DNA of 64,000 bases, from positions 1,073 to 65,072 of the forward strand of contig CAWHQR010000010.1 of the NCBI GenBank assembly GCA_963831605.1, in the 5' to 3' direction. Every line of letters begins with the position of its first letter. The first letter of the stretch is position 1. The stretch comes from an uncultured Solirubrobacterales bacterium. Its GTDB lineage: Bacteria; Actinomycetota; Thermoleophilia; Solirubrobacterales; 70-9. The position numbers and the translations under genes are program-made. The notes beneath the pieces were generated by a model. It was given only the letters and a program-made list of their open reading frames with translations, searched no databases and was not told the origin of the DNA. Positions 1-8,238 of the stretch are shown in pieces.

Positions 1-380
1 TCCACGTGCTTGGGCGTAAAGCCGAGTCCGTGGAAGCAATAAAAACCACCGATCCCTCTGGTGATGTTGGCGCTACTGATCCCCCGGGAGTTGCCGGTGA
101 CCGTGCCGTCTGAGTTGACCTCCGCGAACGCCAGCGGCTCATGGGCGAAAGCGGCCGAATCCGCTGAGCTGGCGCTGGGAACCTTCCCGAGAGTCGACAA
201 CTTCACCTGCGTTCCGGTGATCGTCTGCTTCTTGATCCGGTTGCCGGGCACGGAGTTCTTCTTAATCTGCGTTCCGCTGATCTTGCCGGCCGCATAAACG
301 GTGCCGCCAAGCGCCACGAACAGCGCCATCACCGCAACTACGTTGGCGAAGGTGAGCCGGCGACGAAGTGCCTTGAGCAT
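1..380 (-). CDS. N-terminally anchored surface/secreted protein with ~11-residue repeats, 5' part only (continues past window start)
   Basis: Own translation of the minus strand from ATG 380..378, with GGAGG upstream: MLKALRRRLTFANVVAVMALFVALGGTVYAAGKISGTQIKKNSVPGNRIKKQTITGTQVKL... No stop before position 1, so it is absent from the ORF track. Same N-terminal architecture as CDS 3942..4487 and 23474..24106. Confidence 0.6.
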   Translation of the reverse strand, partial: MLKALRRRLTFANVVAVMALFVALGGTVYAAGKISGTQIKKNSVPGNRIKKQTITGTQVKLSTLGKVPSASSADSAAFAHEPLAFAEVNSDGTVTGNSRGISSANITRGIGGFYCFHGLGFTPKHV

Positions 381-545
381 GTGCTGCCTCCTTCAGGAAG
401 CTGAGGTCGGCAGACCACTGCCTGTGCCCTGCCGCTTGTATCGAGGGCTCCATCCTCTCAACACCGGGTGCGCGTCGTCAATGGACACAGCAAGCAGAGC
501 GGTGTGTGCCCATCGAACACGAAGACGGAGACCTGTTCACACTGC

Positions 546-620
546 GACGGCAAAATCGTGCGCTACGACTCCTACTGGAACCGCGCCGAGACCCTCGAAG
601 CCGCCGGGCTGTCGGCGGAG
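546..620 (+). pseudogene. 3' remnant of a SnoaL-like cassette gene (...GKIVRYDSYWNRAETLEAAGLS, stop lost)
   Basis: Frame of ORF 468..1031 reads the family C-terminal signature. The nucleotide string ctcgaagccgccgggctgtcgg matches the 3' ends of the six intact paralogues. No matching N-terminal part. Confidence 0.5.
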
Positions 621-666
621 CCGCTTTGGACGAAAAGCGGCTATGCCGCGTTGCATGGAAAGCAGC
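620..666 (+). repeat. Hairpin pair: type A (GCCGCTTT-GGACGA-AAAGCGGC) then type B (GCCGCGTT-GCATGG-AAAGCAGC)
   Basis: Read directly. 8-bp inverted repeats around 6-nt loops, between the cassette remnant and CDS 709. Confidence 0.85.
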
Positions 667-669
667 ACG

Positions 670-696
670 TTGACTTCAGCCGCCTGGCGGTAGACT
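670..696 (+). promoter_or_regulatory. Possible promoter TTGACT-N15-TAGACT, 12 nt before ATG 709
   Basis: Hexamers read directly. The 15-nt spacer is short, so this is weak. Confidence 0.25.
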
Positions 697-708
697 CAGC
701 CGCCGCGG

Positions 709-1470
709 ATGATCTCGCGCGGGGCAAAGAGGTTGGGGTTGGCAGCGGCCGTGGCGCTCACACTCCTCGCTGTCCTCGCGCCCGCTTCGCCGGCGGCCTC
801 CCAGCAGTTGAAGATCCGCGCGGTCTACCTCGGCGGGAACATCACGCCCCCGGTCTCGTTCGTCGAGCTGCAGATGACGGCGCCGGGGCAGACCCTCCTC
901 AATGGGCAGGTGCTCAGCATCTGGAACCACGACGGCTCGTCGAACACCAACTTCGTCCTCAACCACGACGTCGCGAACGGCGCGGACCAGAGCACGATCC
1001 TGATCGGAGACCAAGGAGTGCCGAGCGCTGACTTCAACGTGCTGATGCATTCCTCGCTGACCGCCAGCGCCGCCGCGGGGGCCGTTTGCTACGCCTCGAT
1101 CGATTGCGTGTCCTGGGGTGGAGCGTCGTTCACTGGCAATTCGAGCCTCCCGACCTCGGCTGGGACCCCGATGTCCTCGGGCCTCAACACCACCTCGGTC
1201 CTCATCAGGACGATCGCGCGCGGCTGCGCGACGGCGCTCGACGAAGCCGACGACACCAACGACAGCCTCGCCGACTTCACCTCCGGGCCATTCGCGTACC
1301 AGAACAACGCGAGCCCGCCGACCGACACGCCGTGCGCTCCCCCCGTGTCTACCACCCCGGCCCCATCTCCGACCGGTCAGCGCGCCGCCGCGCTCAAGAA
1401 GTGCAAGAAGAAGCAGGGCAAGAAGGCCCGTAAGAAGTGCAAGAGGAAGGCGAGCCTGCTACCCGTCTAA
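709..1470 (+). CDS. Secreted protein, lamin-tail-domain-like core, Lys/Cys-rich C-terminal tail
   Basis: Signal peptide LGLAAAVALTLLAVLAPASPAAS. SFVELQMTAPGQTLLNGQVLSIWN resembles the LTD pattern (xFVELxN...L.GW.L). Tail QRAAALKKCKKKQGKKARKKCKRKASLLPV. Confidence 0.7.
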   Translation: MISRGAKRLGLAAAVALTLLAVLAPASPAASQQLKIRAVYLGGNITPPVSFVELQMTAPGQTLLNGQVLSIWNHDGSSNTNFVLNHDVANGADQSTILIGDQGVPSADFNVLMHSSLTASAAAGAVCYASIDCVSWGGASFTGNSSLPTSAGTPMSSGLNTTSVLIRTIARGCATALDEADDTNDSLADFTSGPFAYQNNASPPTDTPCAPPVSTTPAPSPTGQRAAALKKCKKKQGKKARKKCKRKASLLPV

Positions 1471-1502
1471 GCGCGGATGCGAATCGAACGCACCGGGGAA
1501 CC

Positions 1503-1543
1503 GCCGCTTTGGACGAAAAGCGGCGCTTTGCATGGAAAGCGGC
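1503..1543 (+). repeat. Fused type A + type B hairpins
   Basis: gccgctttggacgaaaagcggcgctttgcatggaaagcggc, 33 nt after stop of CDS 709..1470. Confidence 0.85.
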
Positions 1544-1593
1544 ACTGAACTCGCGCCCTGCTGCGGATCTTCGGCCAGTCGCGCTAGCGGCGG

Positions 1594-2451
1594 CTACTTC
1601 TTTCGCTTCAGCGTCACCGAGGTCGCGAGGGCCCGTGCTGTGCCACCCGTCGGCGTGTACGTGATCGTCGGCGAGACGCTCACCTTGCCCTTCAATCTGA
1701 GCTTCCTCTTCTTCTTCCCCGAGGCACGGATGGGCAGCTGCACCGTGCCAGCCGAGGGAACGCTCACGGCGGCTCTTGCGCCAGAGGAGCTGGCCGTCAC
1801 GCCCGTTCCGCCGACCGTCGCGGTGCCTGGGTTCGGAATGGTGATTGTCGCGGTGGCAGTCCCGTTCTTCTTGTTCCGTGCGATCCCATCCACGGTGAAG
1901 GTGTTGGTCGGCTCCACCTTGGCCGAGACGTTCAGGCGACGATCCATCGCGAACAGGGCGAAGGTCCCAGAGCCGCCGTCATCCAGGCTCCCGGGACTCC
2001 TGAAGTAGCTCTCGCCGGTGACGTCGAAGGTGCAAATGGGCCCGGTTGTGTCAGCTGGTCCGGTGGAATTCCCGAGGATCTCGCCGGCCTTGACCGCCAG
2101 ATTCGCCTGGAACGTGTTCAGGGTGTTAGGGGTGATCGTGTGAGGGCCGTCGTGGACGATGACCTGGTAGGACGTCCCCCCGAGCGACCGATACACCTTC
2201 ATCGTGAGCGCGTCCCCCGCCGCCGTGCCACCTTGCGTGCTCCATGAGGTGAGCGTCCATTTCGTGATCCCGCCCGTCGACGGCACCACATAGCTATTGC
2301 CCGAAGTGACCGTTGGCTGCACCCGATCGAACGGGGAGCAGAAGACCGCCGGGGTGGACGTCTGCCCGACGATTACGGCGCCTGCGGGCGCAGCGCCCGC
2401 GGCCAGCGCCAACACGGTCAGCACCACAAGCTTGATCGATAAGCGTCTCAT
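1594..2451 (-). CDS. Secreted protein with C-terminal K-rich ...PTITYTPTGG... module
   Basis: ORF 1594..2466. The second ATG (2451) has AGGGGAG 5 nt upstream. Signal peptide MRRLSIKLVVLTVLALAAGAAPAGA. C-terminal module shared with CDS 14672..15826. Confidence 0.7.
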   Translation of the reverse strand: MRRLSIKLVVLTVLALAAGAAPAGAVIVGQTSTPAVFCSPFDRVQPTVTSGNSYVVPSTGGITKWTLTSWSTQGGTAAGDALTMKVYRSLGGTSYQVIVHDGPHTITPNTLNTFQANLAVKAGEILGNSTGPADTTGPICTFDVTGESYFRSPGSLDDGGSGTFALFAMDRRLNVSAKVEPTNTFTVDGIARNKKNGTATATITIPNPGTATVGGTGVTASSSGARAAVSVPSAGTVQLPIRASGKKKRKLRLKGKVSVSPTITYTPTGGTARALATSVTLKRKK

Positions 2452-2658
2452 CTCAACTCCCCTCATCCACTTCCCCTGTACCGCAACAACCGATCGACCC
2501 TAACACTCCGCTGGTCGCCGACGCAAGCTCCGCTACCAGCCCCGGGGGCGGCGGCGGGCTAGCTAGCGGCGGTCTTTTGAGCGGGCAGTTCTCCGCCGGC
2601 ACCCTTCCCTGGGTCGCGGGATACTGATCAGGTCAAGTCCAAGCAGAGGAGGAACCAA

Positions 2659-2886
2659 ATGGCGCGGTGGATCAAAGGAATGGCCGCGGCCGGTGCTCTG
2701 ACGGTTGCACTCGCATTTCCGGCTGGAGCGGGAGCGCGAACGCAGTGGATCTGCACGGTCGATGGTGAGCAAGTCGTCTTCGTGTCTGCGGGCGACGCTG
2801 CCCACCACGGGCTCACGATTGCTGACAGCAAGGCTGGGGTCGTGTTCGAAACTAAGTTTGGTGAGGTGGACTGCCACGTAGAGTGA
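2659..2886 (+). CDS. Small secreted protein (75 aa)
   Basis: AGAGGAGG 6 nt before the ATG. Signal peptide MAAAGALTVALAFPAGAGA. Two Cys in the mature part. Confidence 0.5.
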   Translation: MARWIKGMAAAGALTVALAFPAGAGARTQWICTVDGEQVVFVSAGDAAHHGLTIADSKAGVVFETKFGEVDCHVE

Positions 2887-2896
2887 CGCGGAGGGC

Positions 2897-2930
2897 GTGG
2901 AGCCCTCGAAGCCCGCTGGATCTGTCGAAT
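2897..2930 (+). pseudogene. Degenerate 3' remnant of a SnoaL-like cassette gene
   Basis: gccctcgaagcccgctggatctgtcgaatgg aligns to the family 3' end gccctcgaagccgccgggctgtcggagtag with a few substitutions and indels. Followed by a type A hairpin, as in intact cassettes. Confidence 0.4.
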
Positions 2931-2936
2931 GGCAAA

Positions 2937-2962
2937 CCGCTGCTTTGGACGAAAAGCAGCGG
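2937..2962 (+). repeat. Type A hairpin (CCGCTGCTTT-GGACGA-AAAGCAGCGG, 10-bp stem)
   Basis: Read directly. Confidence 0.85.
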
Positions 2963-3106
2963 TCCTACGCCGAAGAGCCCCGCGATTGCGAGGCTCTCCG
3001 TATTCCCTCCGCCCCCGGCGGCCACCACGGCGGCCGGGGCGGGCGTTCTCAACCTACGCCCTGGTGGCGGACGGGCCAACGTCGGTTGACGATCCAGCGG
3101 CATGGC

Positions 3107-3316
3107 CTACTCCTTGACGAACTGGATCACCAGGCGCTCCGGCTGTTCCTTCTGAAAGTGCCGGACTCGCACGCGCCCGCCGCGCTTCGCACCTTGCTGT
3201 CGAGCGTTGGTCGCGAACGTCGTCGGCTTGCCGCCGAAATCGACGCCTGCGATCAACTCCCACGGCGAACCGTCGAAGGTGATGACGGTCTCCCGTTCTG
3301 CGGCGGTCAGGCTCAT
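3107..3316 (-). CDS. Hypothetical small protein (69 aa from internal ATG)
   Basis: ORF 3107..3418. ATG at 3316 has AAGGAAA upstream. No recognisable domain. Confidence 0.3.
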   Translation of the reverse strand: MSLTAAERETVITFDGSPWELIAGVDFGGKPTTFATNARQQGAKRGGRVRVRHFQKEQPERLVIQFVKE

Positions 3317-3797
3317 GGGTTTCCTTTGCTCACGGTTCGGTTCCTTTCGAGGATTGGGGCAAAAGTGGGTGCGCGTCGATTCCGGGAAGGACGTGTTTGG
3401 GGTCCCCGTGGAGTTCACGGGTTCTCATTCAGTCCGCTTCGTCGGCCCGGCCCTAACCCGCCGAACGCGGGGCGCTTTGTCAGCGGCCGGCGCATCGGTC
3501 GTTGAACGCCACCCCTGCGCTGACTGGGGTCCTCAACGTCAGACGTACATCGTCTCCCTGGAAGCCCGCGACTCTTCAGACGCGATCAGGCGCGTGAAGG
3601 AAGCACTCGACGGCGAAGGCAGCTACGTCGAGTTCTCGTCTGACTCGCGCGTTTAGGGGGTTGAACAATCTGGGGTAGGGTCACCGGCAGTCGGCCCGCA
3701 AGAAGGGCTGGTCCTGCGCCGCGATAGCTCCTAGGCGCGTGACAAAGGCCCGGAGTAACGCCAGCTAGTCGCCGTCGAAGGCTTACGGATGGCGGCG

Positions 3798-3836
3798 GCT
3801 CAACTACTGCTTTGCATGGAAAGCAGCGGGTTGAGC
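3798..3836 (+). repeat. Type B hairpin with extended outer stem (GCTCAAC...GTTGAGC)
   Basis: gctcaactactgctttgcatggaaagcagcgggttgagc read directly. Confidence 0.8.
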
Positions 3837-3941
3837 TGACGATTCAGGAGGCAGCTGCCACCCCTGCCGGGGATGGCGCTTCGGCACATCGTCAACGGTC
3901 TCGTGGATGGAAACCGAAGTTTCGAAAGCCCTGACCATGCC

Positions 3942-4487
3942 TTACGGGAAGGTTCCGTTGACGCAGATCACGTAGCGGGCACCGTGCGGGCCCGCGCCCT
4001 TCGGCTCCGCGCCCTGGAGGTCAGGCAGCGCAAAGTTGTTGGTGCCATTGCCACCGTACGTCGTGCCCAACAGGCCGAACAGGAGGGCATTCGAGCTGAT
4101 ATCCAGCAGCCGGCCGTCGGCTGGAAGCATGGTGTTGGGGTAGGTGTTGCCGGCGATAAGGCTGAGTTCGCCAAGCACACAACTGACGTTAACCACGCCC
4201 TGACTAAAGCTGCCGCCGGGGCTCCCGAAGAGACCCGCGGACGCGAAGTTCAAGCTGGAAGGGCTGATATCGGCCGCGGTCAGCGACTGGTCCTGGACTT
4301 TCGCTCCATTCACCGCGTTGGCCTGGATCTTCGCCCCATTCACAGCGTTGTTCTTGATCTGCTTCGTGCCGATTACGTTCTTTCCCAGATGAGTCGCGGC
4401 GATTGCGCCGCCACCGAGCGCCAGGAAGACGGCAACCGTCGCCATCACGTTCGCGTAGGTCAGATTGGCCCGAACCTTCCCCGTCAT
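3942..4487 (-). CDS. N-terminally anchored phage-tail-collar-domain protein (COG4675/MdpB-like)
   Basis: ATG 4487 with GGAGG upstream. TM anchor ANVMATVAVFLALGGGAIAA. Repeats IKNNAVNGAKIQANAVNGAKVQ. C-terminus LLDISSNALLFGLLGTTYGGNGTNNFALPDLQG matches the tail collar consensus (LFsLLGttyGGdG.ttFaLPDLrG). Confidence 0.8.
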   Translation of the reverse strand: MTGKVRANLTYANVMATVAVFLALGGGAIAATHLGKNVIGTKQIKNNAVNGAKIQANAVNGAKVQDQSLTAADISPSSLNFASAGLFGSPGGSFSQGVVNVSCVLGELSLIAGNTYPNTMLPADGRLLDISSNALLFGLLGTTYGGNGTNNFALPDLQGAEPKGAGPHGARYVICVNGTFP

Positions 4488-4557
4488 GGCCCACCTCCTG
4501 CATCGCTTCTTCTCCCTTCGGTCTGAATCATATGGCGCGGGGACGGGACGGGCGAAC

Positions 4558-4593
4558 GCTGCCTTGGACGAAAAGCAGCTACCGCATGAAGGC
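4558..4593 (+). repeat. Type A hairpin plus degenerate type B
   Basis: gctgccttggacgaaaagcagc followed by taccgcatgaagg. Confidence 0.75.
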
Positions 4594-4607
4594 GCCCCCC
4601 GACGCAG

Positions 4608-4636
4608 TTGACACCCTCCTCGGCCATGGGTATAGG
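4608..4636 (+). promoter_or_regulatory. Candidate promoter TTGACA-N17-TATAGG for CDS 4707
   Basis: Perfect -35 and 17-nt spacer read directly. The -10 lacks the final T. Confidence 0.35.
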
Positions 4637-4706
4637 GTCGCCCACAGCGTGAGGGGGGCAGGGGACCCCGCATCCGGGGGGGCGACGAACGACGAAAGGA
4701 CGATCG

Positions 4707-4970
4707 ATGGCTACGTACGTGATCACCCATGAAGTGGACGATGTCGACCAGTGGTTGAGCTCGCCGAAGCGTGAAGAGGTATTCGGGCCAATTGGCGTCA
4801 CTGTTCGGACCTTCTCGGATCCAAATGGATCCAACAAGACCGCGCTCATCGCTGAGATCCCGGACATGGAGGCGTTCCAGGAGCTCATGAAGAGCGACGC
4901 CGCAGCGGATGCCATGAAGAACGACGGGGTCAACCCGGAGACAGTTCTCGTTCTGAGCGAGGGTCAATAG
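4707..4970 (+). CDS. Hypothetical small cytoplasmic protein (87 aa)
   Basis: AAAGGA 8 nt before the ATG. Coding-like composition. Followed by an A+B hairpin pair. Confidence 0.55.
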   Translation: MATYVITHEVDDVDQWLSSPKREEVFGPIGVTVRTFSDPNGSNKTALIAEIPDMEAFQELMKSDAAADAMKNDGVNPETVLVLSEGQ

Positions 4971-4977
4971 CGGCGTA

Positions 4978-5025
4978 GCCGCTTTGGACGAGAAGCAGCT
5001 GTCCGCTTTGCATGGAAAGCAGCGG
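4978..5025 (+). repeat. Type A then type B hairpins
   Basis: agccgctttggacgagaagcagct gt ccgctttgcatggaaagcagcgg. Sits between stop 4970 and the leader of CDS 5051. Confidence 0.85.
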
Positions 5026-5050
5026 CCGCCCGCGACATACTGCGCGAGGG

Positions 5051-5449
5051 ATGTCGGAGGAGAACGTCGAGCTCGTGCGGAGGGCATTAGACGCCTGGAA
5101 CCAACAGGATGAAGAGACGGCCTTGCAGCTCTTCTCGCCTGACGCGGAGCTCGATGCGTCCGGCCGCATCCTGAACCCGGATATCTACACCGGGATCGAC
5201 GGCCTCATGCGGTTTCGCCGTGATATCGCCGAGGCCTGGGATCGCTTTGAGGTGGAGATCGAGGACCTCTTCGATTCCGGCAGCCTCGTGGTGGTCTTTG
5301 TCCGCTCGCTTGGCAAAGGGAGGGCCAGCGGGATCGAGGTCGATTTTCGCTCGGCTTGGCTCGTCGCTGTGTCCGATCAGAAAATCACGAGACTTCGGTT
5401 GTATCGGGAACGGAAGGAAGCCTTGGAAGCCGCCGGCTTGTCGGAGTAG
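5051..5449 (+). CDS. SnoaL-like / NTF2-family protein, paralogue 1
   Basis: MSEENVELVRRALDAWNQQD...EALEAAGLSE. Start chosen by alignment with paralogues. The upstream M of ORF 5012 lies inside hairpin B. Confidence 0.85.
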   Translation: MSEENVELVRRALDAWNQQDEETALQLFSPDAELDASGRILNPDIYTGIDGLMRFRRDIAEAWDRFEVEIEDLFDSGSLVVVFVRSLGKGRASGIEVDFRSAWLVAVSDQKITRLRLYRERKEALEAAGLSE

Positions 5450-5458
5450 TTGGAGACC

Positions 5459-5480
5459 GCCGCTTTGGACGAAAAGCGGC
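5459..5480 (+). repeat. Type A hairpin
   Basis: gccgctttggacgaaaagcggc, 10 nt after stop 5449. Confidence 0.85.
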
Positions 5481-5625
5481 TACCGGAGGAGACGCATGAG
5501 CGGATAGTGGCCGCGGCGAACGCTGCCCGCGCCGTGTAGGAGCAGGGCCGCCCGGCTCAATCGCGGATCGCCTCCGGAAGTGGAGTCGGCCGCGAACGCG
5601 TTCTGAACCGAGTGCCAGGGCCGAG

Positions 5626-6060
5626 CTACTGGCGCTCTCCCTCCGTGGGTTTGGAGATCGCCTCCACTAGCTCACCGGTCATCTCCTCGTTCTCGCCGAG
5701 GGCGATGTCGGCTTGGGTAACGATGCCGGCGAGTTCGCCGTTCTCGACCACGGGCAGCCGCCGAACCTGGTGGCGTGCCATGAGCTCGAGCGCCTCCTCA
5801 AGGTCCTTGTCGGGCTCAACGCTGATGGGATCCTGACGGCCGATGTCTCCGACCGACGTCGCCTTGGGGTCTGCCCCATCAGCGACCACTGTCGTCGTGA
5901 TGTCTCGGTCGGTGATCATCCCGGCAAGCTTCCCGTCGTCGGTTATCGGCAGCGACCCGATGTTCTCGTCGCGCATCAGTCGCGCGGCCTCGACGATCGA
6001 CGCCGAGGCGTCGATCGAGTGGGGCTCCTCGGTCATCGCGTCGCGAACGCTCGTCGCCAT
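5626..6060 (-). CDS. CBS-pair domain protein
   Basis: Two CBS motifs (GSLPITDDGKLAGMITDRDI; RRLPVVENGELAGIVTQADI). GAGGAGG before the ATG. Confidence 0.9.
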   Translation of the reverse strand: MATSVRDAMTEEPHSIDASASIVEAARLMRDENIGSLPITDDGKLAGMITDRDITTTVVADGADPKATSVGDIGRQDPISVEPDKDLEEALELMARHQVRRLPVVENGELAGIVTQADIALGENEEMTGELVEAISKPTEGERQ

Positions 6061-6166
6061 CGTGCCTCCTCCTCTTTCTGTGCGATCTGAGTCCTGCTGC
6101 TGACGACCGCAGACGTTACGGATCTCCGTCAGGTCGCGCTTGCGCGGTAAGGGCGATCCAATGAGC

Positions 6167-6214
6167 GCCGCTACCCATGCAAAGTGGAATAGCCGCTTTG
6201 GACGAAAAGCAGCT
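6167..6214. repeat. Inverted type B fragment abutting a forward type A hairpin
   Basis: gccgctacccatgcaaagtgg aat agccgctttggacgaaaagcagct. Confidence 0.7.
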
Positions 6215-6585
6215 ATTCAGACGCGCGTTTCAAATCTGCAATGTCAGCCAGCGGGGTATTAAGAGATACGGGACGTGTGCCTTCGCGCACGGTCTCCCCC
6301 GCCCCCCATGGCCCTGCTTGGTTTCGGCTTCGGGTTCCGGGTTCGGGGTCAAGCTCGGACGAGCGGTTGATCGACATCGAGATCAACCGACACAAAGGCG
6401 TGGGGGTTTTTGTTTTTCCCTACCTCAATCGACTGGACACGCGGAATACGGGTCCGGGTGTCCCCAGCTCGAGGACGCAGGGGGGACCCACCCCCTCCCT
6501 CCTCGCTCTGTCCAAGGACGCTTTCAGCCGCTAGCTCGTCGCTAGAGGGTCCGGCGCAGCAGGCGAACCGAGTCGGCGCTCGCCT

Positions 6586-7791
6586 TCACTCGGTGTGGCG
6601 GTCCCTCGCCACCGGCCCGCCCGTGGCGAGCACGCGTTCGAGCGTGTCGAGAGCGAACGAGACATCGTCCGAACCGTTAAAGAAGTGAATCGAGAATCTC
6701 GTCGAACCGAAGCGCGGGGAGACGATCACTCCCGATTGATTCATCCATGCCGCCACCTGCTCGCCGTCGCGCTCGGGGAAGCGTGCGGTGACGATGCCAC
6801 TTCGCCGCTCGTCCTCGCGGGGCGTAATCACCTCGGCTCCCAGGTGTTCGAGCCCCTCGATGAGCGTCGAAGCCAGTTTCAGGTTGTGCTCGAGGATCCG
6901 ATCGACGCCGATCACCGAGATCTGCCTGATCGCGGCCGCCAGCGCAACGCCGGCGGAGTAGGACATGGTCGCGTACTCGAGTCGCTCGACCACCGACGAG
7001 GCCAGCCTGAGCGAAGAGGCGTGCAGCGACCAGGGGTCGACCGCACTCTTCCATCCGACGAAGTGAGGATCGAGCCGCTCGAGCAGCCGCTCGCCGACGT
7101 AGCAGAGCGCCGCGCCGAAAGGCCCGCAGAGCCACTTGTAGCCCGCGCAGAGCAGGGCGTCGATTCTCACGCTGGAGAGATCAATCGGAACCGCCCCCAG
7201 CGACTGCGAGGCGTCGACGACCAGCAGGGCGCCGTTGGTCTCGGCCAACTCCGAGAGCTCCTCGAGCTGGTAGCGAAAGCCGGTCGAGTACTGGACGTGG
7301 CTGACGCTGATTGCTGCGGTTCGCTGGTCGACGGCCTCAGCGAGCCCCTCGAACGAGAGCTTGGCCAGGTCCCCAGCCGCTGGGACCAGGCGGACCTCCG
7401 CCCCGGTGTCTCGCGCGACCCTCATCCAGGGATAGGTGACGGTGGGGAACTCGAGGTCGATTGAGACCACATTGCTGCCGCTCTCTGGACGCAGCGACCA
7501 GGCGATCTGCGAGAGCGCCTCAGTGACGCTTGTCGTCACCGCGACCTGTTCGGCCGGTGCGCCGAGCAGCGCGGCGCCCTCGCGGCGCGCCTGCTGGAGG
7601 ACGCCCACCTCGGTCGGCTCATCGAACCAGGTGGTGCCATATAGGCCGAGCTGGCTCTGGAACTTCTCCTCCTCGGCCAGGGCGCTCCGCGACATCAGAC
7701 CGATCGAGGCGGTGTTCATGTAACAGATGTCGTCGAGTGCGGGGAACTCGCCCGCGGGGGCCAGCGAGGCGTCCACGTTCTCCTGCGACAT
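6586..7791 (-). CDS. Class V aminotransferase / cysteine-desulfurase-like PLP enzyme
   Basis: 401 aa. YMNTASIGL near the N-terminus and overall class V layout. The first six codons MSQENV are shared at nucleotide level with the SnoaL cassettes. Confidence 0.85.
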   Translation of the reverse strand: MSQENVDASLAPAGEFPALDDICYMNTASIGLMSRSALAEEEKFQSQLGLYGTTWFDEPTEVGVLQQARREGAALLGAPAEQVAVTTSVTEALSQIAWSLRPESGSNVVSIDLEFPTVTYPWMRVARDTGAEVRLVPAAGDLAKLSFEGLAEAVDQRTAAISVSHVQYSTGFRYQLEELSELAETNGALLVVDASQSLGAVPIDLSSVRIDALLCAGYKWLCGPFGAALCYVGERLLERLDPHFVGWKSAVDPWSLHASSLRLASSVVERLEYATMSYSAGVALAAAIRQISVIGVDRILEHNLKLASTLIEGLEHLGAEVITPREDERRSGIVTARFPERDGEQVAAWMNQSGVIVSPRFGSTRFSIHFFNGSDDVSFALDTLERVLATGGPVARDRHTE

Positions 7792-7794
7792 CGC

Positions 7795-8235
7795 CTACTC
7801 CCGCAGCCCGGCGGCTTCGAGGGCCTGTTCGAGGGTGTCGTACTGATCAAGCCTCGTGATCCGGCCATCCTGAAGCTCGAAGGAGAGGACGAGTTCCATC
7901 TCGACCCGCAGCCCGCTCGCGCTTCCAACGCCCGACGCCTTCATGGGGACCAGGACGCGCTCGCCGGCCTCGACGTAATCGAGCCACTTCATGCGGTATT
8001 CGCTGAACGGCTCGAACCATTCCCTGAAGTATCGGATCAGACCGTCCCAGCCCTTGTAAAAGCTGCTTGGACCGGACCCAATACCCGACTCCAGCGTCCT
8101 CAGCTCGATGTCGGGCGAGTAGTCGCGCTCCAAGATCTCGCGGATCGCTTCGCCTTCCCAATCGATGCCGGTGATTTCCGCATCATCAAACGGTTCGAGC
8201 AGCGCCTTGATCTTCTCGACGTTCTCCTGCGACAT
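7795..8235 (-). CDS. SnoaL-like / NTF2-family protein, paralogue 2
   Basis: MSQENVEKIKALLE...QALEAAGLRE. 3-nt gaps to both neighbours (TAG-GCG-ATG). Confidence 0.85.
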   Translation of the reverse strand: MSQENVEKIKALLEPFDDAEITGIDWEGEAIREILERDYSPDIELRTLESGIGSGPSSFYKGWDGLIRYFREWFEPFSEYRMKWLDYVEAGERVLVPMKASGVGSASGLRVEMELVLSFELQDGRITRLDQYDTLEQALEAAGLRE

Positions 8236-8238
8236 CGC

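Noticed and set aside
3207-3656. 149-aa ORF whose last ~40 codons (TYIVSLEARDSSDAIRRVKEALDGEGSYVEFSS) look coding-like.
   Set aside because: The upstream part overlaps ORF 3107-3316 antisense and has poor composition. There is no clear start or RBS for a short version.
3942-4487. Prophage inference from the tail-collar domain (and from the HNH gene at 49911).
   Set aside because: No capsid, portal, terminase, integrase or tail genes occur nearby. The collar protein has a signal anchor and host-like paralogues, so it looks like a cellular surface protein.
3873-4526. 217-aa ORF downstream of the type B hairpin at 3798.
   Set aside because: It is entirely antisense to the well-supported tail-collar gene and has no domain signature.
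5012-5050. N-terminal extensions of cassette ORFs (MESS..., MPLCMESSTPPRDTAWA...) and peptides such as LWTKSGY, ALDEKQ and FGRKAA that recur in the ORF track.
   Set aside because: They are translations of the hairpin repeats and the conserved leader. The paralogue alignment puts the real start at MS[EQ]ENV.
6380-6440. Unusually T-rich stretch (gggggtttttgtttttccc) preceded by the inverted repeat GTTGATC-gacatcga-GATCAAC, in the intergenic region downstream of the aminotransferase gene.
   Set aside because: The hairpin and the T-run are not adjacent on either strand, so it is not a canonical terminator. I cannot support an ncRNA without covariation or expression data.
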